The notes beneath the pieces are model-generated. The model did no database searches, was not told where the DNA came from, and worked only from the letters and a program-made list of their open reading frames with translations. The position numbers and the translations under genes were made by a program. Source: Welwitschia mirabilis (lineage: Eukaryota). From it: DNA of 46,056 nt. The stretch spans positions 32,177,742 through 32,223,797 of the forward strand of contig JBOZIK010000001.1 of assembly GCA_051453625.1 (NCBI GenBank), in the 5' to 3' direction. The first letter of the stretch is position 1. The number at the start of each line of letters is the position of its first letter. Shown here piece by piece: positions 1-13,730 of the stretch.

Positions 1-1435
1 CTCATTGGCTATATCTTGTTTAAGCTCATCTTATTTGAACCTAAACCTTCCTTTTTAATAGTAATAATAATAATAATCTTAATTGAAGTTTGAAACTACT
101 TATAATTTTTTGGTGAGTTGAAATACCTTGCAAAGTAATCTCTTCATCTTCAATTCATAACTCTTTTAAAGGTTTTATTTTTTACTAGGTGATGTTGGTG
201 TTTTCATTCCCTTATTTAACTATTATATCGCTAAAATATCAAGACTTGTTAATAAATGATCTCCCTAATAATAGTATCAAAATGATGGTTTATAAAGTAC
301 TCAGAATAGTACCAATTTTTATAGTTATTTATATCCTAAATTATGTAATTGCAATATATCTAATACTAACGCCATGCAAATATTAATATCTTATTGATTA
401 AAGCTATATTAAAGAAACACTTTATTTCAAATTTTTTATGCATATATTTATAAGATTAATTTTTTATGCATATATTTATAACATTTTAGGGAAATCTACC
501 ATTAAAAACCCCATTTAATATCTTTGTTAACTTTAAAGAGAAATTAGTATAAGGTTTTAGTAATTCTTTTGGAAACATGAGCATCAAGACTTAGATAAGT
601 TTCAATAGTACTAATTTTAGAAATAACATAAGTAATTTATCAAAAAATACATACTTTTATTTTTTTAAAAGAGAACATTAATGTATAATTTGTAGCTTTT
701 AAATAGAAAATAAAAGAATTGACTTTTTATAACTTAGTAGGGTTATAATACTAGTAAGCTACCAAAAATAAAGAAATTATTTTTACATCTTATTAAGGTG
801 AGAATATTAGGAAATACTTAAAATCGTTTAGCAAAACCATATATGAAAATAGGCTTATGTTAACTACTTTTCTAGCTAAATGAGGCATAACTTTATTATA
901 GAAAAAAGTATTTTCAAGAATTTGCAAATATTTTAGCACAAGTCAAAAGCTTCCTCCCATTCGTATTTGAAGGGTATTTATTTAAAAATCTAAAACTAAT
1001 TTCAATAGTTAGAATTTATTTAGGTTTATGTCTTATTTCTTTTTCCTTATTTCACTCCTCATTCTTCTCTGTCGTTTGTCATTCATAATAGTTTTCCTTT
1101 AGTTCATTTTTAATAAGAATACTATCAATTCCTATTAACATTCTAAAGAAAAATAGTTAATAATTATTATGTTTAGTATTAGTTTTAGGTAAAATGTATA
1201 CAAATTACAGTATGCTAATAGATATTTAAAATCATAAAAATTAAGTTCCATCGATAGGAGAAGAAAGGGATATCTTAGAAGAACACCTAAATTAGTAGGA
1301 ATTCAAAGCATGAGTTAGAGGTATTACATACAATATTACTCCTCATTTAATTTATAGAGATTTAAGTCTATCAACCACTAATTCACATGTATGTACATTA
1401 GAAAACTATATTTCTAGACTATGTGGTAAGCTAGA

Positions 1436-1870
1436 TATTGGGTATACATCAAATAGGAAGGTGACCATTCCATGTAAATTTTTTTTAAATAAATTTTTAT
1501 TATTTAAATTTATGATTAAAATATATATATCAATATTTAGATGTTACCAGTGCTTACTCCTTCTCTTTAGCTCACATGTCTATTATTCAAAATAATAAGA
1601 GATTTGGTATATGTAAATTTTGTTTTCATGTAATTAATAAAGAAAGGGAAAAACTAAAAATATTCCCCTCACCATTGTTATTAGTAATATTATGGGATAT
1701 GTAAATGATAGTAAACCTTTCCCTGTGGAGGAATGAAATGAAAGGACCATAGATTATATCACTGATATCTACATCATCTACTTATAGAGATATGACAGAC
1801 CTAATTAGGCCCTAAAATATTAAGTGAAAATATTAAAGATCAAGATTAGAAAGAAGAAAAAAGAAGAAGA
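1436..1870 (+). mobile_element. Decayed retroelement 3'-region (extra-ORF-like) fragment, distantly similar to the reverse complement of ~22080-22512
   Basis: Collinear short matches by eye: catcaaataggaaggtgacc vs aatcaaatagaaaagtgatc; gatgttaccagtgctta vs catgttactgatgccta; attcaaaataataag vs atttaagataataag; ccctcaccattgttatt vs ccctcccattattact. Confidence 0.5.
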
Positions 1871-1988
1871 AGAATAAGAAAGATCACCTTTACCTCCATC
1901 ATACCATAGAGCCATGATATCGGTACCCACTTTGATATAGGAACATCTTTAAAAAATAAATTAAAATGATTTTACATTAGTAAGGGGT

Positions 1989-2530
1989 ATGCTATGCAAA
2001 ATAAAGACAATCATGTGTAATAAGCATGTTGTAAATGAGTGGCCATCTAATTTAGCATGTTTAAAGGAAAACTAGTTGTAAGGAATATGCTATGTTTAGA
2101 GAGAATATCGGTATAATAAATATGTTATGTTTAAAAAATATTTATAGTAAAACATGTAAGAGACTAATATTATAGGATTTCTTTAGGATTAAAATTTCTC
2201 TTAAATCCTTATAAATAAGAGTGAGTGGTGAGATGAATAGCATGCTTTAGAAGTTAGAGTTAAGAATGAAGAAGGGAAAGATCTTAGAGTTGGGAGCTAC
2301 AAAGAAGCTCTTTTTTGGAAACTTCGGGAGAAGATCCCTTAAGTGAGGTTTTGGCTTACTTAAATTTTATCTTGAAGAATATCAAGCATCAAAGTAATTA
2401 GAGTGATAAAAGTTAGAATGATTATTTTAAAGCCCATTGTTAAGGAGAGCTCACGAAAGCTCTACTAGATCAGATTTCAGTTTATGAGCTTGTACTTTCT
2501 ATACCATTAAACTTTAATAAAAATGTATAA
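1989..2530 (+). mobile_element. Possible LTR remnant (right boundary not determined)
   Basis: A purine run aaggggta is followed by TG at 1989. A tataaata box at ~2210 is followed by a GA-rich tract and then ttgtac...aataaa. No partner LTR is seen. Confidence 0.3.
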
Positions 2531-4051
2531 ATTTATTAAAAGTGATGAAAACTAGCACTATTTTCTAAAATATTATTAAAAATAATTTGATTTATGTAGG
2601 AATATCCATTTTTTAAACTCAAAAAAATTTAAAATTTTATAATATCAAATGGATCTTTATGATGAATTTGAATACTAATCGAGTACATGATCTAAGCTAA
2701 TGTTTTTGACAAATGAGTGTTGATCAAGGATTATTAGCTTATTTGTTTCATAAATTCAATTACTAATATGGTACTAAACAATGCATGTAAAAAAATTTGA
2801 ATTCTAAGATAGCATTTATAACACTTCACTATAGAAAATTTCCTAAAAGATTAGCAAATGACTAGTTGAGGATGTTTTTACACTTAAATTTTTACATTTT
2901 TAATACCTAAACTTTAGTAAGTTAATATATTTTTAAAATTAAAGGATTTATATTTTATACTTTTTTTATAAGTCACCCAATCTATCTAAATGCCATTTGA
3001 GCCAAGCTAGATAATCCAATTATTACCATCATCTAGATTGTTGACACTACTAGTGTTAACTGGGTTTGCAAAAGAGGATAAGATAATTAAATGCTATAAT
3101 GACAGATTGACCTTATAACCTAGTATTAAACCAATTCACAAATACTAAAAAATACATATCTATATCATAATTCCCAAAAAAATCTATTGATGTTTATTTG
3201 TTAATAATAAGGATATACCAATAGATATCTTTAGTCCCCCTAAACTATCTTAAGGAATAATACATCCTTCATATTTCAATCTTTTGATTAATTTTCAAGC
3301 TTGAATTCTACCATTTTTAGAGGATATTTAATTATCATTTATCAAAAATTTACTATTTTAGATATAGAATACTAATGATTATAATAAGAAATTATCTCAT
3401 CATCAAGTTCTAAGACTCTTTTATTCTTTCCTAAGTGTGAGGAAACGACTAATTCATGTAGCATCTAGAATTTCTTACCTTAGAATTGATCTATAATTTG
3501 GTATTCTCTCTAATGATTATATCATTAGTGAATTCAATTTTATCTATGATTAAATTTTCTTTAGGTTTTTATATTTGTTTTAATATGTAATAGTGTTTTT
3601 TGAATGTTCTCCTGTACTTTTTTCATAGAATTAATCCTTTAATGCTTTATAGCTTTGATATTATTGATACCTTAGGAGATTTTTTTCTTTTGTGCTATCT
3701 TAGTGTCTTTCTAGGCTTCATTGTAAGAAATAATAATCTCATAACTTTTAATTTCTTTACATTTAGAATCTATAGTGGAATAATTTATTAATTCTCTAGA
3801 AAACTAGNNNNNNNNNNNNNNNNNNNNNNNNNNNNNNNNNNNNNNNNNNNNNNNNNNNNNNNNNNNNNNNNNNNNNNNNNNNNNNNNNNNNNNNNNNNNN
3901 NNNNNNNAAACTAGTTATACATTGTGAATTATCTCTTTATTAACTAAGGTTTTCATGATCTATTTTTACATGAAGATATATTTCTACATTAATCATTATT
4001 TATAATTTTCAAAATAAGATATCAAATAATTTAAATACTTCCTAATTAATT

Positions 4052-4360
4052 TTTCGAACTTTCTTATATTCAAAAATCCTTCTAAGACCTACTTCAAGTT
4101 CTTGTAAGCTTTGAAACACTTTTCTAGTTTTTGTGAAAGAACAATAATTATAGTTACCTATACTACAATAGAATCCATAGATTCTTATTTAAAATTTCTA
4201 CCTATACCTTTCAAAATGTCTTTATATTCAAACCTAAATGTAATTTAAGTTCTTGTAAGTTTTGAAATAATGTTTTGATTCTTATGAGAGAATGATAATT
4301 ATAATTACCTATAGTATAATAGAAACCTTGGCTTCTTAGTTAGAATTATTGTCTATAACT
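4052..4360. repeat. Degenerate tandem duplication, period ~151 bp, 2 copies
   Basis: aagttcttgtaag(c/t)tttgaaa occurs at 4096 and 4247. Each is followed by ataattata(g/a)ttacctata...aatagaa...ttctta. Confidence 0.8.
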
Positions 4361-4790
4361 TAACTGCTAGAGCATATTTGTTATAGATCACAATCTATTA
4401 TAGAAGTTAAGTTGTAGCAATGCTTAAAAATATTTTCCTGCATTTAATCATTAAAAATCTCATCCATAAATAAAAAAATCAGGGATTATAATAAATGGAT
4501 AAGAATACATACCAAACCATGCTCATGAAGAGAATGAAAGCTATATTGGTTGTATTATCCTTTAATTGTGCATCCATTTACACTCCAACTGTTTCTTGTT
4601 CACATCTATTGCTTAATAACATAAGCCTTTAAACATCAAAAAATGTAGCATGAATAATGAATGAAAAACATTGAGTTAATTTCTTCAGTTGAGTTAATTG
4701 TTTTAACTACATACATATCAAATAGAAGTATACATAAATGTAAAAATTAGATGTATCTTAATGATAATTTACCTAATGTATTTAATATAC

Positions 4791-6117
4791 TGATAAGTTA
4801 CCATTCAAATTTACTTATTCTATTTTCATTCCTATCAAAGTAGAAAATTTTCATAACTTACATATACTTGTCTTGAAATAATTTTAAAATCCATGATTTC
4901 AAAAAATAATACTTTTAATTTAGAGAGAATAGTACTTATCATGATGAATGATTATTCATGATAAAATATGGCTATGCTTGTATCTATTATCAATGTATGG
5001 TAAATAGCAAGATCACCCTAGGGATACAAATCTTACATGGCCAAACATAACTTCTACCAATAGTACTAGGACTTCTAATTATAGTATGGTCTCAATTGTT
5101 TTCCTCCAAAAATATAGATAACCTAAAATATTAAGAAAGCAAGCATAATGATAATGAGTATAAGAGACTAAAGATATATAAGATAACTAGGAATGGAATA
5201 CATCATTTAAATTAGCATAATAACTTCACAGAAAAGCATAAGTATTAAAGTAAATTCATGTAGCTTTTACTCCAACTCAAGAATAGTGGCATAGCCTCAT
5301 CCACCATAAACATGAGGCTCATGTTGTTATAGCTCAAGAATAGTGGCATAATCATATTTATCATAGACATGAAGGTAATGTTTCCAAGTCATTTATACTT
5401 CACAGCAAAAATGAAATAAGAATGAAAAGTAGGCATCTTCGAAGATCCATCAAATAAACATTCAAGTTATGTAAGCTAGAATGAAATAAATAATAATCAA
5501 AAGATCTTAAAGTAAAATCATGCCTTAACTAATCCTAAGCAGAAAATGTATGAAATAATTAGAACTTTAAATCAAAGTAATGCATCAAGAACATGTAACA
5601 CTTTTCATATAGTCCACAAACGTACTTATGCTAAACTAAGAAGCATCATGCTAGCTTGGTAGCTAGGCCATTCCTATAGGAGGCTTAGAAAGAATACATG
5701 TCTAATGCCTTAATATCTTTTATATAATATGCTCAGTTATATCATTAAGTGAAGTGAAGTATGGTATTTATAGACCTAAATTATGTTTTTTAATCAAGTC
5801 TTATAAGGTCTAATGAGGCCATTCTTTAAAATGTCAATAGTGTATGGGATTGTCCTTTAGTTATGAGGTTAATTTAAGGGGTTATTCTTAGAAAATAATC
5901 TTCATTTATCTTTCACATTTGAAAATAAGCATAATGAATTACTTGCATCAAGAAAGATTAGAAACATAACTATGAATATTATATTCATAGTACTTAGTGC
6001 TATCACTTCTAGAACTAGCATCATCAATAATAATGCTTAGCACTACTTCATCTTCTGCCTTAATTATTTAGATAATGTAAATTCCTTGATGTAAATATCA
6101 TGCTTTGTAAGCTATTA
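4791..6117 (-). mobile_element. 3' LTR of minus-strand Athila-type element A
   Basis: On the minus strand it starts TAATAGCTTAC (decayed TGATAG) directly after a PPT and probably ends GTAACTTATCA at 4791, an imperfect terminal inverted repeat. A minus-strand ctataaatac box lies at ~5765-5773. Positions 5507-6117 align with 32489-33231. The boundary at 4791 is less certain. Confidence 0.65.
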
Positions 6118-6149
6118 TACCCACAATCAATATTTTTCTAGTTCTTAGC
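6118..6149 (-). promoter_or_regulatory. Athila-type polypurine tract region of element A
   Basis: The minus strand reads gctaagaactagaaaaatattgattgtggggta, resembling the Athila pre-LTR motif (GGACTAGCAAAA..TAGTTGGGGG). A second similar motif, tgagaataaaatttgctttagttgggg, lies at ~6340-6366. Confidence 0.6.
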
Positions 6150-6816
6150 GGTTAAAAAAAAAGAAAAAAAAGGAAATTATCAGAAAATTAGTTAACATGA
6201 AAACAATTGCAAATCAAAGTAATTAAGTGTACAAATATGAAGGGATTTTGAAAAGTAAATTTAACTAATTTAAGCTAAAATTGCATTTAAGCAAAGGATA
6301 AATCATGAAAAGTAGGTACTTAAGTGCAAATGTCACTTACCCCAACTAAAGCAAATTTTATTCTCAAAATTTAAAAGGTATGAAAAATTAATTGTAAACA
6401 TAATGAGAAATGAATAACACATGTGCTAATGTATTTTCAAATAATCTAGAAAGAAAATTTTTTGAAAAAAATAAAATATGCAAAGCATGACTAAACTAGA
6501 AAATATAAAATACAAACTAACACAAAAGAAAGACTAAAAATTAAAATGACTTTTTGATTGTAATGACTTAAGTCTCTACATATGATCTATACAAATGATT
6601 AAAAAATCACTAAAAAAGAATTGAGAATTATGGATTAAGTATGATTTTTTAGGACTGATGAAATGGACGATGAATCTGTATTAGTTGGTTTCTTTGAATT
6701 TTTAACAAAGATCCAATTACTGGAAAAACTAAAAATGGAATGCGAAGGATCTTAGTCTAATAAGAGTTTATCTATGCAAATTAAGATAGCAATGCTAGTT
6801 AGAAAAGCTAGTAGCA

Positions 6817-8055
6817 TGTTTTACTACCACATTGTATGTATTTCATATGGTATTTTAAGTAGTTTTATCAGACATTAGATAGTCTTACACTGAGTTTTGA
6901 TGATAACAAAAACTTTAGGCAAATATTATGAAAACACACAATCTTTATTACATTTGATAGCATTTCAGGCAAATTACAATACTTCCTATCTAAAGCAAGA
7001 ATCCTATAATTAAAGAGGCTAATTTGACACAATAAACATATTTACAAAGCTCGTCATTCACGTAATTGTTTATATCATAATGCGAATGACAAAAGTAATC
7101 ATGTTAACTAGGTTGCTTACTAGACTAATCTAGTAGTTGAAGTGAATCTTGTATAATATGGTATCATATCCTGTAACATCAAAATGACTAGATGAATGAC
7201 ATCTATAAATAATTCTTCATCAAACTTCAATAAATGTTTGTCATGTATCATGCATCTTCTTATGTGGATACTAGGATTTTACCATGTTTATTAGTGTTTA
7301 TTATTTTTAGAGTTTTTGTTTATATTAAATACCTTCTTTGCCCTTGACTACAACTTTATCTTCTTTGATATTAAGAATTATCTTAATAGGAGATTGAAGG
7401 ACAGGAGATCCATTCCTTATTTTTGCAAAGAAACATCTTCCTTGATTTTGGGCTGTGTATCCTTCATTAAGGTATTGCTGCTATAGAATACAAATGTTGA
7501 TTCAAATTAATCAAAACTCTGTTTTTCTTTTTCTATCATTTGTTATATGCATCTTCTTTATGGTTTATGTTTGTTTTGATTCTATGACAGCTTCATGTGT
7601 GATATAGATCATGATAACAATATTTTTTAAGATTGATATTATTAGTTTAGGTGCATTACATTTCATTTCCTAGATTAACTTAGCATTGTTCTCATATTTT
7701 GTTTGATGCACCTGATATCTTAAGTTGATCTTCATCTGGTGATGGCTTTCTTTGATTGATCTAAATTACACAGGGTCAATCTCCATAATAGGTTGATTTG
7801 GTGGTTGGATACATGTTACATTTAGAATAGATCTTGCATCTCATTTGCATAGTATGTTTATTTGCATTTTTACTTTGCATTATTTTTTAGTTCTACTTAG
7901 ATAGTACATTAATATTTCACTTATGCCTTCAATAGAATTATGAAATTTGGATTATTCCATCTATATTAGTGTGTTGTATTATGTAATATATATATTTTTG
8001 TGATCTTTAGGATTTGTTTAAAGACATAACCTTTGCACAGATATATAGCGCAACA
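6817..8055 (+). repeat. 5' LTR of element B
   Basis: Starts tgttttactaccacattgtatgtatttcat and ends gcgcaaca. Collinear with 20286-21537, e.g. the identical run atgttacatttagaatagatcttgcatctcatttgcatagtat. Confidence 0.95.
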
Positions 8056-8058
8056 TCT

Positions 8059-8076
8059 TGGTACCATTACTCGGGA
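8059..8076 (+). promoter_or_regulatory. Decayed primer-binding site, probably tRNA-Asp type
   Basis: tggtaccattactcggga lies 3 nt after the LTR end. It is derivable mostly by C>T/G>A changes from the Athila PBS TGGCGCCGTTGCCGGGGA. Confidence 0.75.
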
Positions 8077-8779
8077 AGGATGCTTGAAGTTTGAGGATTG
8101 TTGTTACTTAGATAAGTAGTTTCAATTTTATTTTAGGTATTTTTCTATAGTACCATTGTATCTTTATAGTAGAAATGTAAATCTTTCTTTCTACATTTTT
8201 CATTTTCCATTTTCCATTTTAAAAATAATGCCCTGTTGTCCTCTGTGTTGTCTAGATGATGTACAAGAATGACAACTTTTGAAACCTATGATTTTCATTT
8301 TCATAAGAATTAGGTTTTTTCTTATCATTTCCTTTTTCATCTAGATGAATTAGTGAATGAATATCCGTTTTCATAACCTGTTATTTTGTGATTCTATTTT
8401 TCTATGTTTTTCATTTTTGGATTTTTGTGTCTTCTGTTATCTAGGTATATTGTCTAAATAACCACTAAGACAATGCTTATAGAAGCAGAACTAAGCATGT
8501 TGAGACATGATAAACTCTAATAAAAAGACAAAATATTAGATAGAGTGGTTGTTAATCAAAGAAAACATTTGAGAAGATTTGATCAGCTATGAACTAAACC
8601 CAAGTACACACACTTTAGGTACACAAAACATTCAAAGAATTAAGTAAGAATATTTTTCTATATTCAACATTTTTAAATTTAATTTTTGCAAAGAAAATTT
8701 TTTAAAACAAAGTTAGAAGAAAATCATTTATTGCAATGTTGAATTCTATGAAAAAATAGAAACAAGTAGCTTAACATAA

Positions 8780-10700
8780 CCCCCCTATAATGATAGGAAC
8801 TTTTACTACCCTTGTAAATCCTAATGCCAATGTCACTCTTAAAGAAGTAATTGCAAATAAAAAGCATGAAATCCAAAATCCTTTTAACTACCTCCTGGTG
8901 ATAACATTAAGTTAAGAAATATAAATACTTATCCTATCTTTAATGGAGAAAATGATGAAAACCCCTTCAACATATAGCCAACATTGAACAATTAGTGCTT
9001 ATTTCTAGAAATAGTAAAAAATAAATTAGTTATCATACTTATATGGTTATATTTCTTATAGTATTAAAAAAAAAAAAAAAGAAAGTTATGATTAAGAACT
9101 ATTCCTCATAAAATCTTAAAAACATGGAAGTAAGTTCAAAGAGCCTTCATAAAAAGATTTATGAGTGAAACAACAATAAAAAGTAAGAAAGAAAGAAAGA
9201 GGTAAAAAATATCCAACAACAACCTAATAAAGATTATGCCTCCACTTATAAATGATTTTTCATTGCAATTAATTCTAATCCCATTGATGATTTCACTCAA
9301 GAAGAATTAGTAGACTATTTCTATAATGGACTAAATAGCCAAACTAAATATCTTGTAGATTTTTCATGTGGAAGACATTTAATGAATCTCACATTAGAAA
9401 ATGCATGAAGTCTTTTGTAAGAACTAGTGGAAGAAAGTTAAACATGGTCTAAGCTAACACCTAAAGAAAATCATAGTATAGGCCAAATCATAAAAGATAT
9501 TGAAGNNNNNNNNNNNNNNNNNNNNNNNNNNNNNNNNNNNNNNNNNNNNNNNNNNNNNNNNNNNNNNNNNNNNNNNNNNNNNNNNNNNNNNNNNNNNNNN
9601 NNNNNNNNNNNNNNNNNNNNNNNNNNNNNNNNNNNNNNNNNNNNNNNNNNNNNNNNNNNNNNNNNNNNNNNNNNNNNNNNNNNNNNNNNNNNNNNNNNNN
9701 NNNNNNNNNNNNNNNNNNNNNNNNNNNNNNNNNNNNNNNNNNNNNNNNNNNNNNNNNNNNNNNNNNNNNNNNNNNNNNNNNNNNNNNNNNNNNNNNNNNN
9801 NNNNNNNNNNNNNNNNNNNNNNNNNNNNNNNNNNNNNNNNNNNNNNNNNNNNNNNNNNNNNNNNNNNNNNNNNNNNNNNNNNNNNNNNNNNNNNNNNNNN
9901 NNNNNNNNNNNNNNNNNNNNNNNNNNNNNNNNNNNNNNNNNNNNNNNNNNNNNNNNNNNNNNNNNNNNNNNNNNNNNNNNNNNNNNNNNNNNNNNNNNNN
10001 NNNNNNNNNNNNNNNNNNNNNNNNNNNNNNNNNNNNNNNNNNNNNNNNNNNNNNNNNNNNNNNNNNNNNNNNNNNNNNNNNNNNNNNNNNNNNNNNCAAA
10101 TGTAATTAAGGGTAATAACACTAGAAAAATACACTCAAATGAAAATAGATGTAAAAGTGGCAACTGAAAAGAATGTGATTCTAACTTGTAATTTGTGTGA
10201 AGAAAACTATCATGTAACTAAATAATGTCCTTTATTACTAAGTTACAAAGAGAAAATTTATGAAGAAGCATGCGCTTTCAATTAAAAGTCTTTAAAATTT
10301 AGAAATCAAAATCAAATTTAAAATTAATTTCAACCTAGGATGAATGAACAACCTAACTTTCATTCTTTTGAAAAAAAAATTTAAGAACTTTTAAACAAAT
10401 CATCCAAATTTCCAATCATTTAGGAATAGATTTAAGAACGTAAATTTTTAAATAAACAATTCAAATTACCAACGAAGTAGCTCAAATTATTAAGCAAGAA
10501 CATTAGATTTACAAAACTAAAATGATCCACTTAGAAATTTTATTAATAAATTAAGAAAATCTTAATAAAAGACAAAAACATTGAAAATCTAGTGAATGTT
10601 CTTCAATAGACTATGCTCACAAATCAAAGATCATAAGGATCACTCACAATACAAACTTTGCCAAACCCTAATGAAGTAAGAAAAGATTGTAAGGTTGTAA
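8780..10700 (+). pseudogene. gag: gag of element B (many stops and frameshifts, spans an N gap)
   Basis: YPIFNGENDE at ~8930; LVDYFYNGLNSQTKYLVDFSCGRHLM at ~9307-9385; zinc knuckle CNLCEENYHVTK*CP (CX2CX4HX4C) at 10187-10231. Collinear with the gag of element C. Confidence 0.85.
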
Positions 10701-11099
10701 TAAGAAGTGGAAATAAAATAATACCTCCTATCCATAAGGTTTAACTTTTCAAAATAATAAGAAAAAGGAAGAAAAATGATAGGATATTAAAATATTAGAA
10801 AATCATACTTTTCCTTATTCTTTAAGTGATAAGCTTTAAAAAAAAATCTTCATAAGATAAAGGTAAGAAACCTGTTACCCCTTGGCTTAATAGATTAAAT
10901 ACCAATTCTACCTTTGATGATTATCTTAAATCCTTAATGCAAGATGTGAACATAAATTTATCATTTTGTAAACTCTTGTAATAAAATCTGAAATATTCTA
11001 AGATGTGGAAAGACTTAATTAAAAGGAAACAACAATGAACCATACCTAGTAAAGTCTTCCTAGCTAAATCTATAACCCACTTAGATTTGTAAAAAATGT

Positions 11100-11575
11100 G
11101 TAAAAAATTTAAGAATCCAAGGGTAGAAATAGTTAGTGTCATATTATAAAGAAAAAAAAAGGAAAGTCATAATTGATATAGGAGAGAGAATTAACATTAT
11201 GTCTTTATACATTTATCAATGACTTATTTTGAAAAGTAGAATTAAGTCTATACATATTATCTTAGAATTAGCAGATACATCAAGGAAGAAATAATTAGGA
11301 GTAATAAAATATTTAATGATTTAAATTGAGGAAGAGTTCTATCTAATAGATGTGGTTGTGATTGAAGTTTAGCATTATGAAGGTTATCCACTACTTCTAT
11401 GTAGAGATTTTGTGCAACAACTCATTATATTTTTAATATAAATACTAGAATGATGAAGTGTTACTTAGGAAATAAAAATTTGACCATTAGAGTTTGTAAT
11501 GATGCTAAAAAATACTTAGGTGATGAGTGGAATGTAGAGGAAGAAATTAAGCCAATACTATTTTTACAACATCAT
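11100..11575 (+). pseudogene. pol: Aspartic protease region of element B
   Basis: KFKNPR, IIDIGERINIMS (~11169), ILELADTS, FYLIDVVVIEV and GYPLL motifs. Confidence 0.85.
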
Positions 11576-13730
11576 TATCATATCCAGATATTCAAGGTTC
11601 AAGAACTTTTATATATAATTCTTAATGTCATAAGCTAATTTAATTTATATATGTATTTATTTAAATTTTTCTCAATAGTGTAATTTTTATTTAGAAAACT
11701 TTATGCAATAATTCTTACATTTTAAATATTTCCTTATTAAAAAATTTATGATTTAATTTTCATATCTAAATCATTTTATTTATAGAAAATAGTTTTTTAT
11801 GTGGTTCTAGAAATTAGTAGTTAAGTGAATTATTTTAATTTACATGTGAAGCATTATTATTATTATATTGAAATGTCTAGTGGCCAAGCAATGGTTAGAA
11901 AATTTCCACCAGTTCCATATCTTCCACCACTTTCACATACCACTTTCACCACTTCCATTCCTTCCACCACTTCCATCACATCACTTCCATAGTTTCTACC
12001 ACCTCTACTACTTCCTTATGGTTTCTTTTCAACATCCTCTACTTCCTACTATAAATAAGATCCTCTTTTCTTCATATTTCGTATCTTGAAAGGTTCTTGT
12101 CATCAAGTCTTACATTCTTAATCTTGAAGCTTGATAAATCCTTAGAGACTAGGAGCCTTGACATATTTAGAATCCCTCGAATCTTTGTTCAATTTTTGGG
12201 TATGGTTTCATGGTTTTTCAATTCATTCTTGAATGGTTTATGGACTTATTTATTTCTTGAATGTTCTTTTCTACTCTCACCTTTTTCTTGATTGTCATGT
12301 TTTTTACATTTTTTGAAAGCTTATTTGTTTTACTATTGAAAGCTTGTATTTCCTATATGTAATTCGAAATCCATGTTTTGCTTAAGATTTTTCTATTTTA
12401 ACCAATTCCATTACATTTTGAGATAGTGTACATTTCTTTACTAGGAATTGGAATATAATATGTAATGCTAAACAATATTTTCTTCTAGAGAGTAAAGGGT
12501 AAAAATTTCCCCTTTAGGTGTATTATTAAATTCAAATAATTCCTCTAGAGAGTAAAGGGGTAAATTATCCATTTAGAGATGTGTATGTAGGCATCCAGAT
12601 AAATTGAAATGTTGTTGATTATTTTGTATAGAGCTTGGATTATTGAATTTTGTTGGACATTGAAAATCCTAATTTATCTTGGTCACATATTAATTTTCTT
12701 AATAATATTACCTTGACCTTGAAAACCCCCTTATCAAACCTTGTCATGGACCATAATGGGAACTGTAAAGGTATAGTTTTCACACCATGCCTATTATGTA
12801 AGAAATGCTTTGAGGAATAAGATGAAAAGAAGTTAGGGTTGGATTTCTCCTATAAAATCTTCTAATTGTTGGATATGATTACTCATTAATGTTTTTGTAA
12901 ATCCTATAAGATCATTCTTGGTTGCATTCCTTGTAATTTTGCATTTAAAAACATCCATATATTTAAGCTTTAAAGTGAAGATTTGGTAAGTTTGAAGATA
13001 GATTATTAATCATTAATAATAGTATTTCTTATGAACAAGCTAATTGAAATGTATTTACATTTTTCATTTCAAGAATTTTGTTTAGATAGTTTAAGTTTTT
13101 GATGAAATATTCTTGGAAAAATACCAATAAAGATTAACTATTGAAAAACTCAAGATATTTCAAAGACAGTTATTATCCCATAAATTTTAATTACTAGATT
13201 TATTATGGAATTATAATAATTTATTATGTTCCTTGATTTTACATAGTCCATTATTTCTTAAATGTTAAAATAATTATTATCATAGTAATAAAATTATCAT
13301 CATAGTTTTTAGGAAAAAATAGGAAAGAGTAGGGTACGTTAGATTTGAAACCATAATCTCACTTTCCATTCCTCTCCCCTCTCACCATTAAACCAATAGT
13401 CCATGCTGTAAAACAAAATGATACACATATATTAGAGCATGTGGCATCTATTATTATTTAAAAAAAAATAGAACAATTTGGATTCAAACAGCTAACATTT
13501 TGATTAATATCTCTTTCCCTTAAATACTACACTATATTTAAAAACACATTAATTAGTAAAGGAATTTGAAATTATTACAAACTTTTAAAATACTTATCAT
13601 AAAATGATAATCTTGTATATTCTTAGGTATGTTTGACTACTACTTTCAAGTCATTTACTTTATAAAAATCTATGTATCACATTTGATAGGCTACATAAAA
13701 AATTTTAAGTGTAAAAATTAGGGTATTATA
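11576..13730 (+). mobile_element. Solo LTR (~2.15 kb) of a different gypsy family inserted between PR and RT of element B
   Basis: Flanked by a perfect ATCAT duplication (11571-11575 and 13731-13735). Termini TATCATATCC...GGGTATTATA look like deaminated TGTCACAYCC...GGGTGTTACA. CTATAAATA at 12049-12057. Removing it restores collinearity with element C at ~26880. Confidence 0.8.
12483..12580. repeat. Short tandem duplication inside the solo LTR (~61 bp period)
   Basis: tctagagagtaaaggg occurs at ~12484 and ~12545, each followed by a similar taaa..ttt(a/g)g tail. Confidence 0.7.

Noticed and set aside
189-3791. Short hydrophobic ORFs 189-386 and 3600-3791 as membrane proteins
   Set aside because: The I/L/F/Y bias is expected from AT-rich non-coding DNA; there is no motif or exon support.
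11868-12291. His/Pro-rich 73-aa and 64-aa ORFs
   Set aside because: They are translations of low-complexity ccacttcca repeats and the TATA region within the solo LTR; no protein family is recognisable.
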